The notes beneath the pieces are model-generated. The model ran no database searches. It was not told the origin of the DNA and saw nothing but the letters and a program-made list of their open reading frames with translations. Of a stretch of 64,000 bases of DNA, positions 54,865 through 64,000 are shown one piece after another. The stretch's first letter is position 1. The number at the start of each line of letters is the position of its first letter. The stretch is from an uncultured bacterium (GTDB taxonomy: Bacteria; Krumholzibacteriota; Krumholzibacteriia; WVZY01). The stretch is taken from contig CBDVBZ010000002.1 of NCBI GenBank assembly GCA_965372355.1, positions 27,541-91,540 of the forward strand. The letters run 5' to 3'. The position numbers were made by a program, and so were the translations under genes.

Positions 54865-56205
54865 ATGGAAGAATTGACTCCACAAGAGATCGTCATCGAG
54901 TTGGACCGCCATATCGTGGGGCAGGGCGACGCGAAAAAAGCCGTGGCCATCGCGTTGAGAAATCGTTGGCGACGCCACCAGGCGGCGGACGACATGCGCG
55001 ATGAGATACTGCCCAACAACATTGTGATGATTGGCCCGACCGGCGTCGGTAAGACGGAGATCGCGCGCCGGCTGGCGAAGCTCGTGCGTGCACCGCTCGT
55101 CAAAGTCGAGGCGTCGAACTACACCGAGGTGGGTTATGTCGGACGCGACGTGGAAAGTATCATCCGCGACCTTGTCGAAGTTTCAATCGGAATGTTGAAG
55201 TCCGAGCACCAGAAGCGGGTGAGCTTCCGTGTCGAGAAACTCGTCGAGGATCGCCTGGTCGATCTTTTTATGCCCAAATCCCAAACGCCGGGTGACGAGG
55301 ATCTGGACACGCAGGAGCGGCGGGAGAGAACCCGTGAGAAGCTCAGGGCAAGGCTCAGGGCGGGCGATCTCGAGGACAGCAAGGTAACGATTCGATCGCA
55401 GCCCAAATCGTCTCCGATGATCGAGATCTTCTCGAAGGGCGGTGTAGAAGATATGGGGATACAGTTTCCGGGTAACATCAACCCCTTTGCTCCTCAAGGG
55501 CCCAAGGAGCGCGAGTTCACGGTTCGCCAGGCTCGTGAGCAACTTCGCATGGAAGAGGCCGACAAGCTCATGGACATGGAGAAGATTGTAGAGGAGGCCA
55601 AAGAGCGGGTGGAGATGAACGGAATCGTTTTTATCGATGAGATCGACAAGATCGCCGGCGCGAGCGCGAGAGGAGGCGCACCCGATGTGTCCCGCGAAGG
55701 CGTTCAGCGGGATCTGTTGCCCATTGTCGAAGGGTCCTCGGTCAGCACGAGGCACGGCGTCATCAAGACCGATCATATCCTGTTCATCGCCGCCGGTGCG
55801 TTCAATGTGGCAAAGCCGTCGGAGCTCATACCCGAGTTTCAGGGGCGGTTTCCGATCCGCGTGGAGCTCGCTTCATTGGGGCCGGAGGAATTCGAGCGTA
55901 TCTTGCGCGAGCCGGACAACTCGTTGATCAAACAGTACCAGGCGTTGCTGGCGGCGGAAGGCTGTCAGCTCGAGTTCACGGATGAGGCGATACGCGAGAT
56001 CGCCCGCGTCGCGGGAGAGGCAAACGCGCGTTCGGAGAACATCGGCGCCCGCAGGCTTCAGACGGTGCTTGCCACCCTTCTCGAGGACGTTTTATTCGAG
56101 CTGCCGGAATCCAAAAAACAGCGTGCCGTTTTCACCGACGCGGATGTAAAGTCAAAGCTCGACGAGATTCTCGCCGACGAGGATCTGACCCGATACATTC
56201 TCTAA
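54865..56205 (+). CDS. hslU: ATP-dependent protease ATPase subunit HslU (ClpY)
   Basis: MEELTPQEIV.ELD.HIVGQ; Walker A GPTGVGKTEIARRLA; I-domain; ATG 54865 (ORF-track GTG 54853). Confidence 0.9.
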   Translation: MEELTPQEIVIELDRHIVGQGDAKKAVAIALRNRWRRHQAADDMRDEILPNNIVMIGPTGVGKTEIARRLAKLVRAPLVKVEASNYTEVGYVGRDVESIIRDLVEVSIGMLKSEHQKRVSFRVEKLVEDRLVDLFMPKSQTPGDEDLDTQERRERTREKLRARLRAGDLEDSKVTIRSQPKSSPMIEIFSKGGVEDMGIQFPGNINPFAPQGPKEREFTVRQAREQLRMEEADKLMDMEKIVEEAKERVEMNGIVFIDEIDKIAGASARGGAPDVSREGVQRDLLPIVEGSSVSTRHGVIKTDHILFIAAGAFNVAKPSELIPEFQGRFPIRVELASLGPEEFERILREPDNSLIKQYQALLAAEGCQLEFTDEAIREIARVAGEANARSENIGARRLQTVLATLLEDVLFELPESKKQRAVFTDADVKSKLDEILADEDLTRYIL

Positions 56206-56225
56206 ACATCAACGGAGTGTACAAG

Positions 56226-57161
56226 ATGACGCTTTCAAAAAAGGACTTCGTGTCGATCGCCGACTACACGAGGGAGGAACTCGAGAAAATCATAGGATTG
56301 GCCATAGAACAAAAAGCGCAGCTCAAAAGGGGAGGGCTTCCCGCCACGCTCCAGGGCAGGACGCTGGCGTGCATTTTTCACAAACCGTCGCTGCGCACGC
56401 GGGTGAGCTTCGAGGTGGCGATGCACCAGCTGGGTGGTGACTCGCTCTATCTGACCGACAAGGAGATCGGTGTCGGTTCTCGCGAGGCGCCTCAGGACGT
56501 GGCAAGAGTCTTGTCGCGATACACGAGCGCCATCATGATTCGAACGTTCGACCAGGGGATCGTTGATACGTTGGCAAAGTTTGCGACGGTTCCCGTCATC
56601 AACGGGCTGACCGATCTTCTTCACCCATGCCAGATACTCGCCGACTTGATGACAATCCAGGAACACAGGGGCAATCTCGATAATCTCACGGTTGCGTTTA
56701 TCGGTGACGGCAACAACGTTGCGAGAAGCTGGATCAACGCGGGCGCAAAGCTCGACATTCGCGTCATTCTCGCCTGTCCCAAGGGCTATGGCGTCGAGCC
56801 CGAGTTCGTGGAAAAGGCGATGGGGGGCAAGGACCTGTATCGCGAGATCAATGATCCGGGCGAAGCCGTACAGAGTGCCGATGTTCTCTACACCGATGTA
56901 TGGGCATCGATGGGCCAGGAAGAGGAGGCGACAAAACGCAAACGGGAGTTCGCCGCGTTTCAGTTGAACGATGAGCTCGTTGCGCAGTCGCCCGATCACT
57001 CGATTGTTCTCCACTGTCTGCCTGCTCACAGGGATGAGGAAATCACCGACAGCGTGATCGAATCGGAACGAAGCCTGGTGTTTGACGAAGCGGAGAATCG
57101 CCTACACGTGCAGCGCGCGCTCCTGTCACTGCTCGTCCAACCCATTGGAGGGCGCGGTTGA
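56226..57161 (+). CDS. argF: ornithine carbamoyltransferase
   Basis: STRTR carbamoyl-phosphate motif, HPCQ, DVWASMG and HCLP ornithine-binding motifs. Confidence 0.85.
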   Translation: MTLSKKDFVSIADYTREELEKIIGLAIEQKAQLKRGGLPATLQGRTLACIFHKPSLRTRVSFEVAMHQLGGDSLYLTDKEIGVGSREAPQDVARVLSRYTSAIMIRTFDQGIVDTLAKFATVPVINGLTDLLHPCQILADLMTIQEHRGNLDNLTVAFIGDGNNVARSWINAGAKLDIRVILACPKGYGVEPEFVEKAMGGKDLYREINDPGEAVQSADVLYTDVWASMGQEEEATKRKREFAAFQLNDELVAQSPDHSIVLHCLPAHRDEEITDSVIESERSLVFDEAENRLHVQRALLSLLVQPIGGRG

Positions 57162-58240
57162 GAACTGGCGTCGCCCTTTGCGTGATAGCAACATGGCTCT
57201 CGGCGTGCGCCATACAAGAGGCCCCACCCGGTGGCCCCACCGACGATAAACCACCACGCATTCTCTCTACGGTTCCGGCGGGCGGATCAACCGGTGTCGA
57301 TCCAGAGACCGACATTCTGGTGGAATTCGATGAGGCGATGACGAAAACCCGTTTCGAGCGTTTCGTAACCGCGCGCCCGCGGATCACCGTCGGCAAGACC
57401 GGCTGGAAAAAGAACACGTTCGTCCTGCAGCCTCAGGACCCCCTGCACCCGGACACGACCTATCTCGTCGAGCTTAAGTCGGGGTTTGCCGATGCGCACG
57501 GTATTCAGAACGCGGAGCCGTTTCGCTTCGCCTTTGCGACATCGGCCGCCATCGACAGCGGATCGATATCCGGTCATGTGTTGTTTCGCCGTAAGCCCAG
57601 TAAGAATGCGGTCCTCCGTCTGTTTGTCATGCCGACGGACTCCGGTTTTACACCGGAGGGGGCTGTGGCCGACAGAGAGGTCGTAGTGGGTTCGGAGGGT
57701 GATTTCGCCTTCAACTATCTTCCGAGTGATGACCGCGACTTCCTCGTCTGGGTTTTCGAAGACACGGACAGAAACGGCGTTTTCGTGATCGACAGCGACG
57801 TTGCCATCGAGAGGCCCGACACGGTGCCCCTGGATGCCGGGAACCCCAATGTCGACGATCTGACGATCTTCATCGTCGACCCGAAGGAACCGGGGCAGAT
57901 CACCGGAAGGGTCGTCAACTCGACCGGTATCGATACGTTTCTGGTAATGATCACCATCCACGAGGTGTCCGACACGATGCCTCCGACCTACGTCTCAATA
58001 GTGGGTCCCGACGGAGACTTCAAGTTTTCACAGGTCCTCCAGGGCCGGTACACGCTCCGGGCATTCATGGATTTCTCCCCCGATAGTCTCTGCGGCGCGT
58101 ATCCGTGTCCGGAGGACTCGACACGGCAGTGCATCGAGCCCTGCCGGCTATACCCGGATACGCTCGCGATACGGCCGGGCCAGGAAATCGACCTCGAGGA
58201 GCCGTTGGTCCTCGAGTCTCCACCGCCTCAAGAGGAGTAG
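57158..58240 (+). CDS. hypothetical lipoprotein with Ig-like (SbsA/Big-like) domains
   Basis: Lipobox LSAC; beta-rich; PRILSTVPAGGSTGVDPETDILVEFDEAM resembles Big_5/SbsA Ig-like N-terminal motif. Confidence 0.5.
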   Translation: MRTGVALCVIATWLSACAIQEAPPGGPTDDKPPRILSTVPAGGSTGVDPETDILVEFDEAMTKTRFERFVTARPRITVGKTGWKKNTFVLQPQDPLHPDTTYLVELKSGFADAHGIQNAEPFRFAFATSAAIDSGSISGHVLFRRKPSKNAVLRLFVMPTDSGFTPEGAVADREVVVGSEGDFAFNYLPSDDRDFLVWVFEDTDRNGVFVIDSDVAIERPDTVPLDAGNPNVDDLTIFIVDPKEPGQITGRVVNSTGIDTFLVMITIHEVSDTMPPTYVSIVGPDGDFKFSQVLQGRYTLRAFMDFSPDSLCGAYPCPEDSTRQCIEPCRLYPDTLAIRPGQEIDLEEPLVLESPPPQEE

Positions 58241-58244
58241 CCCC

Positions 58245-59075
58245 ATGAGGATCGAGTTCGAAAAAATGAATGGAGCGGGAAACGACTTCGTCATGATCGA
58301 CAACCGGAAGGGAGACATCCTGTTGTCGCCAGCGAGGATACGGGCGCTTTGCGACCGGCGCCGAGGCATCGGGGCCGACGGCGTCATTCTGGTGGAATTA
58401 GAGGCTGGAGTCGATTTTCGCATGCGCTATTACAATAGCGACGGAGGCGAGGCCGAGATGTGTGGCAACGGCGCACGCTGCGCCGCTCGGTTCGCCGGTT
58501 CGTTGGGGCTCGGCGAGCGGTGGGAGGGCGGGGTCACGCTCCGGTTCGTGGCGACACCCGGGACGATGGAGGCCGAGGTCGCGGGACTCCAGGTCGCCGT
58601 CCGGATGACCGACGCAACCCATTTTGAAAAAAGCATTTCCTTGGCGGTTGCGGATCGGACGGAAATAGTGCATTTTATCAATACAGGTGTACCCCACGTC
58701 GTCATTGAGGCGGCCGGAGTGAATGCCATCGCTGATGGCGAGATCCTGGAACGCGGTCGGGCGATCCGGAATCACAAGCGCTTCGCGCCGGATGGTACGA
58801 ATGTAGATTTCGTGTCGGTCTCGGACGACGGCATTGCCGAGATTCGCACCTACGAGCGCGGCGTCGAGGGCGAAACCCTTGCCTGCGGGACTGGAGCTGT
58901 AGCCGGAGCCGTCGTGGCTGCCCACTTGAACGGTGTCCCCAGTCCCGTCACAATGATCACACATGGTGGGGAGGAACTGACCGTTGCTTTTGTCCTGGAA
59001 CCCGCCGGGGCGAGGCAGGTGTTGCTCAAAGGCCCTGCTGCCCTGAATTTCCGGGGTTCCGTCGAGCTTGCCTAA
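58245..59075 (+). CDS. dapF: diaminopimelate epimerase
   Basis: FEKMNGAGNDFVMID...NSDGGEAEMCGNGARC with both catalytic Cys regions. Confidence 0.9.
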   Translation: MRIEFEKMNGAGNDFVMIDNRKGDILLSPARIRALCDRRRGIGADGVILVELEAGVDFRMRYYNSDGGEAEMCGNGARCAARFAGSLGLGERWEGGVTLRFVATPGTMEAEVAGLQVAVRMTDATHFEKSISLAVADRTEIVHFINTGVPHVVIEAAGVNAIADGEILERGRAIRNHKRFAPDGTNVDFVSVSDDGIAEIRTYERGVEGETLACGTGAVAGAVVAAHLNGVPSPVTMITHGGEELTVAFVLEPAGARQVLLKGPAALNFRGSVELA

Positions 59076-59089
59076 CGAAGGGAGCGCTG

Positions 59090-59968
59090 ATGGAGTTTAG
59101 GGGGACGTACACCGCCGTTGTGACGCCGTTCAAGAACGGCGACGTTGATCTCGAAGGATATTCAAACCTGCTCGAAACCCAGCGAGGGGCTGGTGTCACC
59201 GGTGTCGTACCGTGCGGCTGCACGGGTGAGGCGGCGACGCTGAGCGCAGACGAACGCCGGAAGCTCCTCGATACCACTCTCTCGCTCGTCGGCGATTCTC
59301 TCCAGGTGATTGCGGGGACGGGGACGAACTCGACGGATACGACGATCGCAAACACAAAAGAGGCGGAAGCCGCTGGTGCCCACGCGGCGATGCTGATCAC
59401 ACCCTACTACAACAAACCCTCGCAGCAAGGCCTCTACGATCACTACCGCCGGGTCGCCGACGCGACCGATCTGCCGCTCATGCTCTACAACGTACCGGGA
59501 CGCACTGGGGTAACGCTCGCCCCGGATACGATCGCCAGGCTGTACGAGACGGGGCGCTATTCCGTAATCAAAGAAGCGGGCGGCAGCATGGATGCCTTCT
59601 CGAACATACGCGCGGCGAGCGACATCACCGTGCTCTCGGGCGACGATCCGCTCACCGTGTCAATGATGGCGCTCGGGGGTGGGGGTGTCGTGTCCGTCGT
59701 GTCCAATTTGATGCCCGCCATCGTACGGGAAATGGTCAATGGCGCCCTCGAGGGAGATTTCAAACGGGCCTCTGATCTCCATTTCCGTCTGCTGCCGGTT
59801 GTGCGCGCGGCGTTTATCGAGTCGAACCCATCACCGATAAAGGCAATGCTTGCGGCGAAAGGCATGATCGAGAACGAGCTCAGACCGCCGCTTGCGCCGG
59901 TCAGCACGGCGAGCATGAAGGCGATCCGCGGCGTGCTGGAAGCATTTGATTCGGTGGGGAGCGTCTAG
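59090..59968 (+). CDS. dapA: 4-hydroxy-tetrahydrodipicolinate synthase
   Basis: GTYTAVVTPF...GVTGVVPCGCTGEAATLS...; Schiff-base Lys context SVIKEAGGS. Confidence 0.9.
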   Translation: MEFRGTYTAVVTPFKNGDVDLEGYSNLLETQRGAGVTGVVPCGCTGEAATLSADERRKLLDTTLSLVGDSLQVIAGTGTNSTDTTIANTKEAEAAGAHAAMLITPYYNKPSQQGLYDHYRRVADATDLPLMLYNVPGRTGVTLAPDTIARLYETGRYSVIKEAGGSMDAFSNIRAASDITVLSGDDPLTVSMMALGGGGVVSVVSNLMPAIVREMVNGALEGDFKRASDLHFRLLPVVRAAFIESNPSPIKAMLAAKGMIENELRPPLAPVSTASMKAIRGVLEAFDSVGSV

Positions 59969-59969
59969 G

Positions 59970-60752
59970 GTGGCGGAGCCGTCGATCAATATATTTCTTC
60001 ACGGGGCAAGGGGCAGAATGGGCCGATCGGTTGCCGAGGTTGTGGGCGAGACGGATCGAGTCTCCATAGCGGGAATGGTCGAACTGAGATCCGGGGTGGA
60101 GAGACCCGTGCCGGGGCCGGATGGCCCGCCGGTGCTGAAGGAGTTGCCCGCGCGGCCGGAGCCGGGAGACGTGGTGATCGATTTCAGCCGCCCTGCCGGG
60201 GTGAAGTCGCTGGTCGAGGCGTTATCGGGGACCCACTTGCCGATCGTATGTGGAACCACTGGCATGGGTGGGCCGGAACGTGAATTGCTTGAAGTGTATG
60301 CTCAAGAAAGCCCGGTATTCTACGCCGAGAATATGAGTTACGGTATATCGGTGATTAAGAGACTCTTACGCTCAGCAACCCTCATGTTCGAGGGCGTGGC
60401 GGATATGGAAATTGTGGAATTTCACCATCGCGGAAAGGCCGATTTCCCCAGTGGGACCGCGGCGGCGCTGGCCCGGGTTGCACGCCCGGATGAGCCGACT
60501 GTCGACGGCCGCGGCGAGGCCGCGGGGCCGGAGGCAGATCGCGTCCACATCCACTCCGTCCGGATGGGTGGCATCCCGGGCGACCACCAGGTCTACTTCG
60601 CCATGGCGGACGAGGTGGTGACGTTGTCCCACCGCGCACTGTCACGCAAGGTCTTTGCCCGCGGCGCGGTCCGCGCGGCACAGTTCATCGTGGGTCGTGA
60701 CAAGGGGCTCTACACGATGGATGATCTCGTGGAGGCGCTGGAGAATGGCTAG
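59970..60752 (+). CDS. dapB: 4-hydroxy-tetrahydrodipicolinate reductase
   Basis: FLHGARGRMGR NAD(P)-binding N-terminus, EIVEFHHRGKADFPSGTA motif; GTG 59970 directly after the dapA stop (ORF-track start 59946). Confidence 0.85.
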   Translation: MAEPSINIFLHGARGRMGRSVAEVVGETDRVSIAGMVELRSGVERPVPGPDGPPVLKELPARPEPGDVVIDFSRPAGVKSLVEALSGTHLPIVCGTTGMGGPERELLEVYAQESPVFYAENMSYGISVIKRLLRSATLMFEGVADMEIVEFHHRGKADFPSGTAAALARVARPDEPTVDGRGEAAGPEADRVHIHSVRMGGIPGDHQVYFAMADEVVTLSHRALSRKVFARGAVRAAQFIVGRDKGLYTMDDLVEALENG

Positions 60753-63543
60753 GAAGACGCTTATCGCGCTTCTTTTTGTCCTGGCGATGCCGACGCTCGT
60801 CTCGGCGCAGTATCCGTTCGGCAAGAACAAGGTGAGCTACAGGAGCAGGGACTGGAAGGTCCTGGCCACCGAACACGTTGACGTCTACTACTATCCCAGC
60901 GAGCAGAATGTGGTTAACTTCATCGCTCCGCTCGTGGAAGACACATACGCCGAGTATGCCGAGTTGTTCGACATCCAGTTCCGCAATCGACTCCCCCTGG
61001 TCTTCTACAGTTCGCACTATGACTTTCAACAAACCAACATCATCCCGTCGCTGATCTCCGAGTATACGGGCGGCTTCACCGATCTGATGAAGGGGCGCAT
61101 CGCCATTCCCATGACGGGGTCGCTCTGGCAACTTCGTCATGTGATCCGCCACGAGATGGTCCACGCGTTTATGCTGGAGAAGCTCGCCATCGTGATGAGC
61201 GGCGCGAGCCGCTTTACCTATTCGCACCCGCCGCTTTGGTTCGTGGAGGGAATGGCCGAGTACTTTGCCGATAGCAATGCGAACACGCGAAGCCACATGT
61301 TTATCCGCGATGCGTTGATCCATGGCCGGCTACCGGATTTGCTGAATATCTGGCAGATCGAAGGCTCGTTCATGATGTACAAGGAGGGCGAGGCCGTCGT
61401 CCGTTATATCGCGACGAATTTTGGTAAGGATGCGATTATTGAGATTCTCGAAAACTGGTGGATGGCGGATAAATTCACATTGGTTCTCCAGGAGACGATC
61501 AACATGAGCCTCGCCGAATTGAGCGACAAGTTCATGAAGAGTCTCAAGCGAAGATACTACCCCGAGATTATGCACCGGCAGTTTGCGCCCGATATCGGTG
61601 CTCAGTTGACCGAGCCGCGAACGTTTCACTCGCGCCCTGCGGTGGGTAAAGGACCGGACGGCACGAGTACGATCTATTCGCTCTTTGCCTACGATGGATT
61701 GATCAGTATCTGCAGCATCGGCGTGAACAAACACGGGCAGCTCAAGCAGAAGACCCTCATCGAGGGTGGCCGCTCGACCTCGTTCGAGTCGATTCCTGCC
61801 TTCAGAAGCAAGATCGAGGTGCACGGCAACACGCTCGTCTTCGTGGCCAAGCGGCACGGCCAGGATGCGATCTACCTCTGGGATATCGAGCGGAGAAAGG
61901 TGCTGGACTGGTACACGTTTCCGGGGCTTAGCGTCATCTCCTCGCCGACAATGTCGCCCGGGTTCGATAAGATCGTTTTTAGCGCGATCGACGCGGCGGG
62001 ATTGAGCGATCTGTTTCTGTACAATCGGGACGAGGACCGTTTGATTCGTTTGACACACGATCCGTACGCCGACGAGGACCCGGACTACCATCCCTACGAG
62101 GATGTGGTTCTCTTCAGTTCGGACCGCTGCCAGAACGGGAACGCGAAGTTCCAGGGGATCTATGAGCTCGATGTCAACACGGGTGTGGTGTCGGCATTGA
62201 CGTGCGGGAGCCATTCGGACTCGCACCCCGAGTGGATGCCCGATGGCAATTCGTTTCTCTTTACTTCTGACAGAGACGGCGCGTTCAACGCCTACACGTT
62301 CGCGTACGCGACGCGAATGATCATGCAGCAGACGAGCGTGATGGGTGGTCTCAACGCTCCGGCGGCCCTACCCGATGGCGACGGGTTTGTGGCGGCGGGG
62401 TACTATCGAGGCGAGTATCACCTCTTCGAGTTTCCGATGAAGACCGACGTACCGGCCATCCCGACTACCGTGGCCCGGATGGACTCGACGCACATGAGCT
62501 GGGTGAGCAAGGAGCCCCGGGAGTACGCGTATGCGAGCCGGGATTATAAACAGAAACTCGGTCTGGATTTTGCCGCGGTGGGTGTGGCGATCGATCCCGA
62601 TTTTGGCTCGTTGGGCAATGGGGCCCAGATCGTCATGTCGGATATCCTGGGCAATCACCAGTATTATCTTTTTTTTGGCAACACATCCTCGCAAGTCAGC
62701 AGCAACTTTTTCAAGACGCTCAACCTGGGGCTGAACTACGTCAATCTGTCGCACCGGATCAATTACTCGTTGGGTGTATTCCATCTGACGAGCAGAACGG
62801 GCAATCTGACATCTTCGTACCGCGAGGAACGCCGGTATGGCGTGGCGGCGGGTATCCGGTATCCCTTTAGCAAGTTCTCGAGAGTCGATGGTTCGCTCGT
62901 TTTTCGTTTTGTCGAGCGGCAAGCGGATTTCACCCTGCTTGACCAGAAAAAGAGCATGATCGCGTCGGCGTTCTTGAGCTATTCCGTGGCCAACACACAA
63001 TGGACGGTCGGGGGACCGCTCAAAGGCTGGCGATACAACGTGACGGCAGGGCACACGTTCGATTTCCGCGACCGCGGATTCGACAACACGACCCTTCAGC
63101 TGGATCTCCGCAAGTACCACAAGGTTACCCGGAGGATCGTTTTCGCCCAGCGATTCATCACGAGACATAGCTTTGGCGGTGACTTTCAACTTTTTTACCT
63201 CGGTGGGCCATGGGACCTGCGAGGCTACAACTTCCGCGAGTTTTTTGGCCGGAGCACGTATCTGTTCAACAACGAGTTCCGGTTTCCTCTAATCGACCAC
63301 TTCGCTTTGAGACTCCCATTCGGAACGATTGAGACGCCCCTCATGCGCGGATCGCTCTTTTTCGACGCCGGCCGGGTTAATCGATACATCTACGATTCGG
63401 ACTGGCTCGGGTCGATGGGAGCGGGTGTCGAGCTCAATCTGGGTTACGCACCAATCATTCGTGTCAACTTTACACGGATGACCAATTTTCGTACTATATC
63501 CACCGTGACCGACTGGGAACTCTTCATCGGTTACAATTACTAA
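60745..63543 (+). CDS. large outer-membrane fusion protein: MA-clan metallopeptidase-like domain + TolB-like PD40 propeller + C-terminal beta-barrel
   Basis: Signal peptide MARKTLIALLFVLAMPTLVSAQ; HEMVHAF...E gluzincin-like motif; PD40-like repeats (IYLWDIE, LFLYNRDEDRLIRLT, EWMPDGNSFLFTSDRDG); C-terminal amphipathic strands ending ...FIGYNY; ATG 60745 overlaps the dapB stop. Confidence 0.65.
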   Translation: MARKTLIALLFVLAMPTLVSAQYPFGKNKVSYRSRDWKVLATEHVDVYYYPSEQNVVNFIAPLVEDTYAEYAELFDIQFRNRLPLVFYSSHYDFQQTNIIPSLISEYTGGFTDLMKGRIAIPMTGSLWQLRHVIRHEMVHAFMLEKLAIVMSGASRFTYSHPPLWFVEGMAEYFADSNANTRSHMFIRDALIHGRLPDLLNIWQIEGSFMMYKEGEAVVRYIATNFGKDAIIEILENWWMADKFTLVLQETINMSLAELSDKFMKSLKRRYYPEIMHRQFAPDIGAQLTEPRTFHSRPAVGKGPDGTSTIYSLFAYDGLISICSIGVNKHGQLKQKTLIEGGRSTSFESIPAFRSKIEVHGNTLVFVAKRHGQDAIYLWDIERRKVLDWYTFPGLSVISSPTMSPGFDKIVFSAIDAAGLSDLFLYNRDEDRLIRLTHDPYADEDPDYHPYEDVVLFSSDRCQNGNAKFQGIYELDVNTGVVSALTCGSHSDSHPEWMPDGNSFLFTSDRDGAFNAYTFAYATRMIMQQTSVMGGLNAPAALPDGDGFVAAGYYRGEYHLFEFPMKTDVPAIPTTVARMDSTHMSWVSKEPREYAYASRDYKQKLGLDFAAVGVAIDPDFGSLGNGAQIVMSDILGNHQYYLFFGNTSSQVSSNFFKTLNLGLNYVNLSHRINYSLGVFHLTSRTGNLTSSYREERRYGVAAGIRYPFSKFSRVDGSLVFRFVERQADFTLLDQKKSMIASAFLSYSVANTQWTVGGPLKGWRYNVTAGHTFDFRDRGFDNTTLQLDLRKYHKVTRRIVFAQRFITRHSFGGDFQLFYLGGPWDLRGYNFREFFGRSTYLFNNEFRFPLIDHFALRLPFGTIETPLMRGSLFFDAGRVNRYIYDSDWLGSMGAGVELNLGYAPIIRVNFTRMTNFRTISTVTDWELFIGYNY

Positions 63544-63666
63544 GGCGCGCCGCTGACTCCACGACAGCGTCGCGCGTGCCGATCGAGGCGAGATCTATCG
63601 CATACGGTGGATAGCGGCTCTGCTCGGACGACTCGGATCGAGACAAACACAGAAACGGGGTATGCG

Positions 63667-64000
63667 ATGCGGTGGTCGAAGTACTATCAGCCCACCTATA
63701 AGGAAAGCCCGGCTGATGCCGAAATCCCCAGCCACAAGTTGATGATGAGGGCCGGGCTGATCAAGAAGCTCACAGGGGGCGTATACACATTCCTTCCCAC
63801 GGGCTACCGGGTGTTGCGAAAGGTCGAGGAGATCGTTCGCGAGGAGATGGATCGTATCGGTTGTCAGCAGATACTCATGCCCATCCTGCATCCCGCGGAG
63901 CTCTACGAGGAGAGCGGTCGTTTCAAGCACTTCGGGCCCGAGCTGTTCAAGCTCAAGGACCGCAAGGAGCGTCTGTTCGCGCTCGGACCGACGCACGAAG
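63667..64000 (+). CDS. proS: prolyl-tRNA synthetase, 5' part (runs off the window)
   Basis: [61 protein letters not shown]... parallels the ProS N-terminus; not in ORF track because no stop within the window. Confidence 0.8.
   Translation, partial: MRWSKYYQPTYKESPADAEIPSHKLMMRAGLIKKLTGGVYTFLPTGYRVLRKVEEIVREEMDRIGCQQILMPILHPAELYEESGRFKHFGPELFKLKDRKERLFALGPTHE

Overview
The window is a high-GC (~60%), gene-dense chromosomal segment, almost certainly from a bacterium of the FCB superphylum (Gemmatimonadetes-like). Evidence for that placement is a GWxTD-domain protein, an M1 peptidase carrying a T9SS-type C-terminal sorting domain, and a PorV-like outer-membrane barrel. Coding density is high and most genes are on the + strand. 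I found no CRISPR array, IS element, prophage or obvious pseudogene.

Main blocks, start to end:
- 1-4.8 kb: a 5'-partial M64-type zinc peptidase; a LexA-like repressor followed by a YacP/NYN RNase; a TonB-like protein; a PgsA-like phosphatidyltransferase.
- 4.7-12.4 kb: secreted and TPR proteins, including the GWxTD/TPR lipoprotein and the M1 aminopeptidase with T9SS C-terminal domain.
- 12.4-14.6 kb (- strand): an NfeD-stomatin operon.
- 14.8-15.7 kb: an HNH nuclease, then tRNA-Leu(CAA) on - and tRNA-Ala(GGC) on +.
- 15.8-19.4 kb: a GlmU-like hexapeptide-repeat protein, SppA, HU, and a 31-aa bS22 ribosomal protein gene that is absent from the ORF track.
- 19.5-26.7 kb: a signalling island with a PilZ protein, a hybrid sensor kinase, and three tandem NtrC-family sigma-54 activator paralogs. 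The middle paralog lacks the GAFTGA loop and sits behind a textbook sigma-54 promoter.
- 26.8-31.4 kb: a PorV-like OMP, a LysM/MltD lytic transglycosylase on -, and a GGDEF cyclase.
- 31.5-37.8 kb: ComEC, then purN-purC-purH-guaA.
- 37.9-45.6 kb: Slt lytic transglycosylase, an NHL propeller, a TPR protein, a J-domain/TPR protein, and a membrane-anchored PQQ propeller.
- 45.6-54.9 kb onward: cspA, secA, then the conserved smg-topA-trmFO-xerC-hslV-hslU cluster.
- 56.2-60.8 kb: argF, a lipoprotein, dapF-dapA-dapB.
- 60.7-64.0 kb: a ~930-aa MA-peptidase/TolB-like/beta-barrel outer-membrane fusion protein and the 5' part of proS.

The most notable non-coding observation is a ~100-nt conserved structured element present in two separate convergent intergenic regions (10.58 kb and 27.85 kb).
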